Assembly (NCBI RefSeq): GCF_038025025.1
Contig: NW_027117344.1
Coordinates: 186,001-250,000 of the forward strand
From: Phyllosticta citribraziliensis
Lineage: Eukaryota
DNA: 64,000 bases
Reading direction: 5' to 3'
Below the pieces are notes generated by a model. That model ran no database searches. It was not told the origin of the DNA and was given only the letters and a program-made list of their open reading frames with translations. A program made the translations under genes and the position numbers. Of the stretch, positions 49,160 to 59,140 are shown piece after piece (position 1 is the stretch's first letter; each line of letters starts with the position of its first letter).

Positions 49160-51491
49160 TTAGAACGACTCGCCCTCCTGCTCTGGGACGATGCAGTTCA
49201 TGGCACCGCGCTCAATGGCCGCGCGCACGTTATCAATCGTCCACTTCTCCATCGCCGCTTGTGTCTACGCCAAAGACAAGTCGTTAGCAAATGTCTCCCT
49301 CATACTCCTTTTTCTGCCCAAAGGTGGCAATGCTGCAGTCGGTCAACTCACCTCAAAAGTCCACGTTCCCATGTGCGGCAGCAGCATGACGTGCGGGTTC
49401 GCGACGAGCCCGGGGTGGATCTTCGGCTCCTCCTCATACACGTCGAGGCCGGCGGACCAGATGCGGCCTTCGTCGAGGGCGCGCACGAGAGCCGCTTCGT
49501 CGACGACGGCGCCACGCGCCGTGTTGATGAGCACTGCGCCGCGCTTCATTTGCGCGAATTGCGCGTCGCTGATGATGTGCCGTGTGTTTTTCTGTGGCCG
49601 GTTAGCTGGTGGTCTATGGGGTTGGCTGTGTCGATGGAGAGGCGGGCAGCGTAGAGGGGTGAGGCGCGCGCGGATCCTATTTTACTCTAGGATTTTGGGT
49701 ATTTCGCGGAGCCGGCTGCGAGAGGGGTGTAGTTGGGCACCGTTTCAGTTGGGTGTTGACTGATGAAAGATCGGGCGCGCTGCTTCCAGGTGCTCATCTC
49801 GCGTGGTGTCGTTTGCGCGAGGCGAGCGCAGGAGCGAAGAATAGAAGCTTCGTCTCCTTTACCTCTCTCAGCCATTCTTTCAACGAGCCTCTTTCAGGCC
49901 GCTCGCTGTGGCCTTGGAGATCCGAGCCAGGAGGAAGGACGGTGCAGTGTAGGAGCGTCAAGAAGTACCCCTTTTCTCTGGCTTCAATGTCGAGAGGCGA
50001 GCTCATCGCGCCCTCTCGACGCAGAAAACAAGAAAACTCCACTTACGTTCAAAGGCAAGTTCAAGCTGACGACATCACTCTTGCTCAACAACTCGTCAAA
50101 CGAGACATACTCGGCACCGCCCGCCAACTCGTCACTCAACTTTCTCCTGTTGTGGTAAATGACCTTCATGCCAAAGGCATCGGCCTTCTTCTTCAGGTTG
50201 CGGCCAATGCCACCCATGCCGAGGATACCGAGAACCTTGCCCTCGGGGTCGTGGCCCAGCGGTGGCAGCTTGGGCGACCCGCGCCACTGGCCCGCGCGCA
50301 GGTTGAGCATCGACGCGTTGAATCCGCGCAGCGCGCCCAGGATCAGGAACATGTTGGTGTCGGCCGTGGCGTCGTCGGCGATCGAGGGCACGTTAGCCAC
50401 GCGGATGCCGTGCGCCGTGCATGCCGCTACATTGACTTGGTCGTAGCCGGCTCCTGCGGGCATCAAAGTCAGCCGTGATTCTGGCGTCGTCTCATTTCGA
50501 ACGGGGAGATTGGAGAAGAATGGCAGTCTATGCCACTGCCTTCAGGGTGCAATGGTCGCAGTCTAGCACGAGTTGCTCCGTGAGGCGCAGCGGCAAGAAA
50601 CAATTCCAATCGCCCATGGCGGAAATGACGTCGTTTGGGGTAGGTTGTTGAAACGGCAAAACACCCAAATAGAGGTCGGAGATGATGTGCTGTTTTTGGC
50701 GTGGGGAATCTCCGCAGAAGAGCCAAATGAGGCCGGAAACTTGAGACTTGACACAACAATCTTTTTCGCAGTGTACACGAGCAATGGAATAGTGCAAAGA
50801 CCAAAATAGAAAGATTGACGAAGGGTCCCTCGGTGGATGACTGGTCGAGACGTCGTCGACTGCGAGATGGCAGACTTTTTGCAAAAATGAGAGCAAACAT
50901 ACCGCAGTGAGCAAGAAACTTCAAGCTGGCAGGCAAAGCAGAAACCAGCTCCTCGTCAATCATGCCGGTGATGGTAACGCTGCCAAAAGTGCGGTACGCC
51001 GCGACGGTTCCATCGAAGGCGCCGCTCTTGCACTCGGAAATGAAGTCGGCGCGGTTCGTCGCCTTGGGCGTTACGAGCTCGGCGACGGACGAGAGAGCCT
51101 CCCACGTCTTCTGTTCACTACATGCAGCAAAGCATCATGTCAGCGAGGTTGATGGATGGCGGCACGCAGTAGCGCCGGTGTCGGCGACACACGACGTGCT
51201 TGCCGCCGACGTCAGTCGCGCGCTGGAATGCACTTACTGGTCGATGTTGCCCAGCAAGAGCGCCTTGGGCTTGCTGACGGATCCCATTGTCGTAGATGAG
51301 GAAAAGGCTCGAAAGGTGGTGGCTTTGGTGTTGTTGCACGCGCGGAAAAGTCGTTGGCCAACAGCTGGGCGCTGATACAGACGGCTTGAGGGCTGGTTGC
51401 GAGAGGCAGCTGGGAGCGAGAGAGATGAAATCTGGCGAATGAGACGCGATGTGAATGGCGTGTTGAAGGGTCGAATGGAAACGACGTTCAT
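49160..51491 (-). CDS. D-isomer-specific 2-hydroxyacid dehydrogenase (glyoxylate reductase-like)
   Basis: Introns 51237-51118, 50902-50454, 50046-49592, 49351-49265. Motifs GAGYD, GILGMGGIG, INTARG, GLDVYEEEP, LLPHMG. In-frame ATGs at 51491 and 51287. Confidence 0.93.
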
Positions 51492-51894
51492 TGATCGATG
51501 TGGGTGGTGGAGCAGAGAGCCGGATGTTGCCCCGCGCGAGATCGGAGTTGAGGCCGAGGAAGCCGACGACAGCAGACGAGAGGTTGGTTGAGAGGAAGGA
51601 GGACGACGATGCAAAGACAGGCAGTCTAGTCGATAGTTTTAAAGATGACAGTCTGAAGAAGCTTTGCGAGTGGTCCAGGGTCTCGACGGCCGGGGTCCAC
51701 GTTGCGCTATCTTATCCATGACAAACGGCCTATCGGTGTTGGTTGTTTGACCGCTTTTGGCATACAAATCCTGGACCCTGCGGCGGAAAATGTCGTCGTT
51801 TTGGGTTCCACCACTAGCACCCGGGCTCAATTCAGCTGCATGGCAAATTTCTACTATTTGGTATCTAGCAAGTAAACATATCAACTTTTGTCCA

Positions 51895-54675
51895 TCAGTA
51901 GTCGTCCTCGTCCTCCAACAGCTTGGCGTAATCTTCGGCGCTGGCAAACGTCGGGAGGTGCTTCAACTTCCTCTTCTTCTTGCCCCTCTTGTCGCCTTCA
52001 TCTTCCTCTTTGCTCTTCTTCTTTGGTGCAGATTCCTCCTCCTCGTCTTCCCAGCCTGCCTCTTCGTCGTCGCCGTCCGGCAAGCCTTCAAAATCGCTTG
52101 GCAGCTCCTCGTCTGAACCCAGGAATGCAGCCTCATCCCCACTGTCCAAGTCCAAGTCCTCGCCGTCTTCAGCTCCTCCCATCTCTTCATCCTCATCCTC
52201 ATCCGGTGCGTCGGCAATGACAACACCACCGTCGTCGTCTTCAGCATCGTCCTCGCCATCGTCCTCGCCCATGGCATCCTCCAGTGCCTCCAGGTCGTCG
52301 TCACTCTCGTCGTCACCTGGTCCCTCGACCTCGGGCCTGCTGCCCACGAGCGCCTTCCAAATCTCATCTTCTTCCGCATCGCTCCCCTCTGCATCTTCAC
52401 CCTTTTTGTCTTTGCCCCTCTTCTTCTTGTCCGCCGCTGCCTTCTTCCCGCTCGTCTCAAAGTACTTGTGGAAAAAGACCTCGTCCGCAGGAACTTGCTC
52501 GACCTTTTTGCGCCAGAATGCTTCGCTGTTGACGGGAGCCTCGGCGCGTGCTCCATCCCGACCCCGGATCAGCAAGTCAACTCCCGTTGCACCGGCCATC
52601 GGTTGCATGATGCTCGTGCCCTTGCCCACAGTTGGCTTGGACTTGGCGTTGCGGTACGCAAACCGGTCGAGGAAGTGCATGAGCGTGTGCGAACTGGGGT
52701 CGGGTTTGGGGGGCATTTCTTGGTCGTAGAGGAAGCGCGTGGCGAAGAGAGTGACGGAAGGATGAAAGTGTGTGGCAAAGGGGAGGATTTCCCAAAGACA
52801 GGCGAGGTCTGCATGTGCGTGATCCGGGTCGCGTTTACGCCCGTCATAATTTAGAGTGACTGCTGGTTTCGAGGGTTTCGGTACGTCGCTGGCAGCAGCT
52901 TCTTCCGTGTCTGAATGCGCATCGACAAAATGCTCCTCTTCGTCGTCGTCGTTGATTTCCGGCGTCGAGAGCATCGTCTTGATGCCGGGGAAGACTTTGG
53001 TGAGTTCGTAGATGAGGTAGAGCACACTACACGCAAATGGTGGTTCGTGGAGGGTGATGACTTGCAAAAGACGCTTCACAAAGGCCTTGACGCGCTTGAT
53101 GCTGACGTCGGCCTTGAGCGACTTGTAGAGCAGGTTGAGATACATGATTTGTTTCGATGAAGTGAGAAGGCGAGGGTCGAGAAGGGATTCGTAGAGAGTT
53201 CGGTAAAATCGATCGGTGGAGAAGTGCTTGGCCGCCGAAATTTGCTGGATCAGGACCAAAGCTTGCATGGCCGTGTTGAAGTTGGAGGAGTGGGTGATGC
53301 GGAAGATGGTGTCGAGCTGCTTTTCAAAGGCTTCGTCGTCAGTCTTGGCGTATGGGAATGCGCGGTTGACACCAGTGAGGATTGCGGCAATGAGCTTGTC
53401 TGCCAGCTCTGTCTCTTGCTTTCCGGCAAGCTCTTGCGCTTTTTGTAGCTTCTGGGCCTTTTGCATCGCCTTCTTTCCTGCTTTGCCACCACCTCCTTGA
53501 TTCGGATTTGGAGGAGGATACGGGTTCGAAGGGTCCGGCCTTGGGATTTGCTTCAAAAGGCTCACAAAGAGACTGAAATAAATCTCCATCAGCTTGTTTG
53601 CCACTTCTTGTTCCTTTGTACTCAAAATGGTCTGGTTGAGCGTGATGATGGCATAGTATTTGGCGTGTTGGCTTTGGTGAGGTCGGAACAGCAGTTCGGA
53701 TTCGATGGAACCAATGACGACGGTCTTCATGACGGGATGAGAAATCTGGAGCTGGAGAAGCAGATACGAGGCTCTTGACGCAATCTTCTTTTCCTTGTCA
53801 CCAAGCTTGTTGACAAGAAGCCTGAGCAGGTTGTCCTCTTGTTCTGGCTTCTCCTTGAGCAGCTCGTAAACGAAAGTGATGGACCGGCTTCGCGAGTACT
53901 CGACTTCGTCGTTGCACCAGCCCTCCAGAACCTTGAGCATCTCGAAGTACGTCTTTTTCAACCAATCTTCGTAAGCCCAGACAATCAAGTGTACTTCCTC
54001 GAGTCCAGGCGGCAGTCTTTGGCCCTGCTTCCAATTCGAGTTTTTCCCAGCAAAAGCAGCGAGCAGCGCGGGCTGCTTGGCAAAGGAGCGCAGCTTTCGC
54101 TCGGGGGGCAAGACGACGCCTGATCCAAGCAAATCTTTGAGCGCGCCAAGAGCCATGAGCGCCTGGTTTCTGCTCTTCTTTCTCGCCAGGTTGAGCAAGT
54201 TCTCGAATGCCTTGGTAGTGTGTAGCGGCGACTCTTGGACGAGCAAGGTCAGGGCCGACACTTTGTCTTCCAGCGTACCCGAGGACATGATGGTCGACAA
54301 GAATTTGTGTGACGAGTCGGCCGACATGTTGCTGCTCGCGTAGGTCGAGTTGTCCTTTTCCAAAAGGGATTCGGCATATTGGTGGATCTCGTCGAGGACA
54401 TAGCGTGGTGGCGGCACGACCTGGTCAGGAATTTGGATTTGGGGAAGTTCAGCGGCATGCCAGTCTGGTCTCGGTTGGAACATCTAAGAGGCGTCAGCAA
54501 CGATGAGAGGTGAAAGATGTGGAGGGCGTACCAGAGTCGGCTTTGGGCCTTTGGCGTCGCGCTGACCCTTGTGAGCGTCGCGGTGGCCCTTGTGGGCATG
54601 GTCGGGCTTGTCATTCTTCCGGAAAGGCTTGTCGGCGCCGTGACGCGACTCGGAGGCCGTCCGCTTCTTTCCCAT
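51895..54675 (-). CDS. MAK21: Ribosome biogenesis protein Mak21/Noc1 (CBF domain)
   Basis: Exon 54675-54532, intron 54531-54484, then an 862-aa exon. GTLEDKVSALTLLVQESP, YDGRKRDP, HFHPSV, acidic tail ending LPTFASAEDY. Confidence 0.95.
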
Positions 54676-54910
54676 GGCGATATGGAGTGGTGTGGTGGAT
54701 GGGAGACGCGGAGTGTCGCGCGTTCAGAAAATTGTTGCCAAGATGCGGTAGATCGACGGGCCGGGGTCCCTGCAGCTGCCCCGCGCTAGCTTCCGTTTGG
54801 TTGACCTTGCAGTCATTATAGCCCGAACAAAGACTCGCAAAAATAAAACAGCTCCGCTTCCACGCCGTTTCTCCTGTCGAAACACCTCCGGATTGCTCGG
54901 CTCGGCAACA

Positions 54911-56271
54911 ATGGCTGGAGAACCCAAGATTTCCATTACTCCCTTGCTCAAGCGCCTCTGGCCCGACTTGCCAGACCCCAATGCCCCGCCCGTCGCCGCC
55001 AGCGAAATCGCTCTGGCCGTCTCGCACATTTTCACAAACAGCCTTTCTCCCGTTCAGACTGGCGCTCTTTTGACTGCGTTGCATTTCAAGGAGCATGATC
55101 GCAAGTCCGAAGTCTTGTTTCGCTGCGCCGGTGCCATGCGCGATGCCGCCGCGCCCGTCGACAAGAAAGCTTTGCGCCAGGTTTTGCGAGACAATGGTCT
55201 CAAGGAGGGATCGTACCGCGGTGGACTGGTATAGTATGCCCATTGGGTGGTGGAAACTTGTCATGACAAAGGAGTTGACACTTGTTGTAGTGCGACATTG
55301 TAGGTACCGGAGGTGACTCACACAACACCTACAACGTATCCACAACTTCTTCCATTCTCGCCTCGTCGCTTCTCCGCCTGAGCAAGCATGGAAATCGCTC
55401 CTCGACATCCAAGTCTGGCTCCGCCGACCTCCTCGATAACACAAAGCCGCGCGCGCCTGTCCTGAGTGCTGTCAATCCGGACACTCTGGCTACTATTTAC
55501 AACGAGACCAACTATGCGTTCCTCTTCGCGCCGACCTTTCATCCAGCCATGAAGTATGTCGCGCCGATCCGCAAAGAGCTTGGCTGGCGTACAATCTTCA
55601 ACCTGCTGGGACCCCTCACAAACCCGGTCGAGTCGCTCATCGAGGCCCGCGTCATTGGCGTTGCGCGTCGGGACGTAGGCCCCGTCTTTGCAGACGTGCT
55701 GAAATTGGCGGGTGCCAAAAAGGCTCTCATCATTTGTGGCAACGAAGACTTGGACGAGCTATCTTGCGCGGGACCCAGTCAGTGCTGGATGCTCAAGGAG
55801 CGGCCGAACCCCGAGTTCCGCGGACCCAAGGACGAGGAGGACGAAGAGTACACGACGTCGGATGACGATGCACCTCCCCGGTCAATTGTGGACATTGAGC
55901 ATTTTGAGGTGACGCCAGAGGACTTTGCCCTGCCGCGGCACCCGTTGAACACCGTCAGCCCTGGCAAGGAAGCCCACGAAAATGCAGAGATTTTGCTCAA
56001 GCTGCTCAAGAACCAGCTTCCCAGGGATGACCCCATTCTTGACTTTGTCTTGATCAATACGGCTGCTCTTTTTGTGGCGAGCGGCATCTGCGAGGCCGAC
56101 GAGAGCAACATGGGTGCCGGTGACGACGGCAAGGTCATTACTGAGAGGGGCCCCGGAGGGCAGAGGTGGAAGGAGGGCGTCAGGAGAGCTCGTTGGGCCG
56201 TTGAAAGTGGTGAGGCGTTCAAGCAGTGGGAATCCTTTGTCGCCGTCACGAACCGGGTCAACAAGGCATGA
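54911..56271 (+). CDS. TRP4: Anthranilate phosphoribosyltransferase
   Basis: Exons 54911-55228 and 55291-56271. CDIVGTGGD, NVST, KHGNRSSTSKSGSADLL, RTIFNLLGPLTNP, LDE. Confidence 0.95.
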
Positions 56272-56569
56272 GCTAGATCATATCTCCACACGTGCATTTA
56301 CGCCGTGATTATTCTGGACTGTTTCGCAATCCGCTGGCTCTTTACCAGGGATGCAAAAGTCGATTTCCAAGCTGAGCAAATTCCGATGACCACTTCTCAA
56401 CCTACTTTCAATTATTGCTTTGACCAACGGGGGGAATGCTTCAACACGTGCGCCCACGGCGCCATTCGAATGGACTGTTACGCAATTCACTGGCTCTGCG
56501 GCGGGAGTTGGTTTACGAGCCGATCACCTTCTACCAGCGCTTCTCAATCCACACCTAAACGCGGCTTCA

Positions 56570-56760
56570 ACTGGTGAAAGGAGCATCTCAATGATCATGT
56601 CATAGTGGGCGTCGAATGAGAGCGACAACCCTAGCAATGTGAGTGCACTCAGAGAGCATTCATTCACTGCTGAAGCTACTCTCAGGGACCATTCGTCTGC
56701 TGCCGTTGCGCTTAGGGGGGATTCATTCACTGCTACATCTCGATCTAGGGAGTCTCGTTC
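56570..56760 (+). repeat. Degenerate 33-bp-period repeat with GGAGCATTC-like cores, left of the tRNA
   Basis: Cores AGAGAGCATTCAT, AGGGACCATTCGT, GGGGGGATTCAT and AGGGAGTCTCGT at spacings of about 33, 30 and 33 bp. Confidence 0.7.
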
Positions 56761-57100
56761 CTCTCTACACCTGCGTGGTCCACTCGACTCATCATCCATC
56801 TACCTGCGCGGACACAGCAACAAGAAAAAAAGAGGGGGGGGGGAAATCGACTAATCCACTTCGGGCAACACTTTTCAATTCACTTTCGGTTAACGCTTTT
56901 CCATCTACGCCCAATGGATTTCAGGAATCTCCGTATCGTCTTCTACCCAGCCAAGAACGCATATCGCTCGTTCCCTCCCGCTGGGTCGCGACATGCCAAC
57001 CCCTCCGTCCCCTTACTTCGTGCCGACTCCACAACAACCCCCCGGCCAAAAGACACAATTAGATACTCAAAAGAAGTGCAAAAAGAAGACCTACTGTCGC

Positions 57101-57181
57101 CGACGCCGGCAGGACTCGAACCTGCGCTCCCGAAGGAAATAGATTTCTAGTCTATCGCTATAACCACTCAGCCACAGCGCC
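57101..57181 (-). tRNA. tRNA-Ser(AGA), intronless
   Basis: GGCGCTGTGGCTGAGTGGTTATAGCG-ATAGA-CTAGAAA-TCTAT, long variable arm, GCAGGTTCGAGTCCTGC-CGGCGTC-G. A and B boxes present, with an oligo-T terminator downstream. Confidence 0.95.
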
Positions 57182-58064
57182 GAATCCGTGAAGTAAAGAA
57201 AAGTTTTAATGACTATATTCGTACAAACAGAAGGCAGTCAGGCAAGTCAGTGCGCTTGTCGCCAGTGGCTGGCCGATCGACGCGAACCCGAACTCTGCAT
57301 GAGCCTTTCCGTATCACCAAAAAGAATTCCGGACACTCTCTGCTTGCTCGCTGTGCAACTTACAATCTGCATGTTCATCGGTCCGACTCGTCTCTCCATC
57401 TCCTCGTACAGCTTTTCCATCTCAGCACCGGACACCTCGCCGTCAATATGTTTCGTTCATCGGCCCGTCCATCTCACAAACCACCGACATCATCAGCCCT
57501 ACGCGTCAAAAGTCTCCAAGATCACCAAGACTCGCCAACATGGACCACCAGCCCTACAAGCCGCTGCGGGAAGCTCCGCCTTGTCCCCCGATGCCCAGTC
57601 TTCAGCCCAATCCACGCTTTCTTGGCCGCTTTTCTTGTATCGACGTGCAGGCTGGCCGACGCGATGTCAGTTGAGCGCGACGCGTCCTGGATCGATCACC
57701 AGCCCAGTACAAGGCTCCCGAGCTGTGCTTGAACCGAGGCTTATGATAACAAAATGGGGTGCACGCGACAAACAACATTGGAGCGAATGGGATACATCAA
57801 ATGCTGCAATGGGTTTTGGTCAGAAAGCGTTTCAGTCATCTTGAACGAGGACACCCAAGAGCATCCCAGCATTTGCAATGAAAGGTGAAAGGAGCATCCA
57901 CAAGCCAACCTGCCAATGGCTGCGGTCGCACATTTTCGCGAACGCGACGCGACGAGATCTCGTAGTCAGCGATCTAGATCCGGCCACGGCCAGGTTTGAC
58001 CCGCCGGCGAGGCACAGCGGGTGTCGAAAGAAATGAGACCTCCCGGGTCTAGCCAGCACAACCC

Positions 58065-58180
58065 ACGGCTCTCTGCGCATATCTGCAACGGCGGACGACT
58101 GCTCCTTGGGCGTCGCTGTAATAGCGGATGAATGCCCTTTCAGCGTCGCTGTAATGGCAGATGAATGCTCCCACAGCGCA
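58065..58180 (-). repeat. Degenerate 33-bp-period repeat right of the tRNA, inverted relative to 56570-56760
   Basis: Minus strand: GGGAGCATTCATCTGCCATTACAGCGACGCTGA / AAGGGCATTCATCCGCTATTACAGCGACGCCCA / AGGAGCAGTCGTCCGCC. Confidence 0.75.
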
Positions 58181-59140
58181 ATAATGGTGTCGTCTGCGCA
58201 CCAACAGCTGCACATCAAAAAGAATGGTGGCTATGCCGACGTCGGAGCTTTTCTGGATGCAAAAATCACGGAATAGATGCTCGGCCAAGGAGTACCAGAT
58301 GGTCGGAATCCAAGAAGTCACGATGCGCCGCCCATGGAGGTCTCGACTCACCACCGCTCCAACCATCAAATGCTGCCCATGTATTTACCGAATCACAGCG
58401 ACATCGTCTCAGTGTGCAATCAGTCGAAAAGATGAGGGATCGCAGGCAATGTTGCTCTGGGTCCAGACTTCCATGTTCAACATAGCATTCTTCACAAATC
58501 GCATCTACTGTCGATCAATTGCAAAGTCTCGAACATTCCCCACAGAAAACTGGGATGCTCCAGCGCACGATCGGCTGCCGAACAATTCGATTGATTATTG
58601 AAGCCATTGCTCCCACCATGGCTCCTGTCGTCATCGTTATCCGGCGTGATTCAAGAGGCCTGAGTCGATGCAATGGACAAGCCATGGCAATTGTCCCTTG
58701 CGCGGTACACTGCGCGGACTTTCTGGATACAGTGAAGCTACACATTTGTTTTTGGCTTGGTTCGTTCCTCGTTCACTTGGCAGCCGCCGCCGCCATGTGA
58801 TGAACGGCGGGAGAGAAGCGTATATCATTCTAGCCTTTGGCGGCATGCCTCGAATTGGCACAGAGACTCCCGGGCAACCACTTCCAGTCCATCCGGGTTT
58901 TACGTCCGTCTAGTCGCCGCTACAAGTCTTGGTGGATTATAAGAGAGCGCCCAGAGTGGTCAGTGGTGGAGCAGAGCAGAACCGAAGCAGAGCGCATCCG
59001 CCTTCTGCAGCTCTTCTCTCACTCTTTCTTCTTGGCTTTCTGTTGCCGTTCTTTTTCGTCTCTCTTTTACAGTCACTCACTCAAAGCACATCTTTGCCTG
59101 CGTTGATTTCACCCCCAAGTTTCCAGTCGCTTCGCCCAGC

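Noticed and set aside
50454..50902. Box C/D snoRNA in the long intron
   Set aside because: No RTGATGA box C with a matching terminal CTGA and stem on the sense strand.
58065..58218. WD40/HET-E-like repeat (LKGHSSAITA)
   Set aside because: The period is 11 aa rather than about 42, there is no WD dipeptide, and the same DNA motif occurs in non-coding contexts elsewhere.
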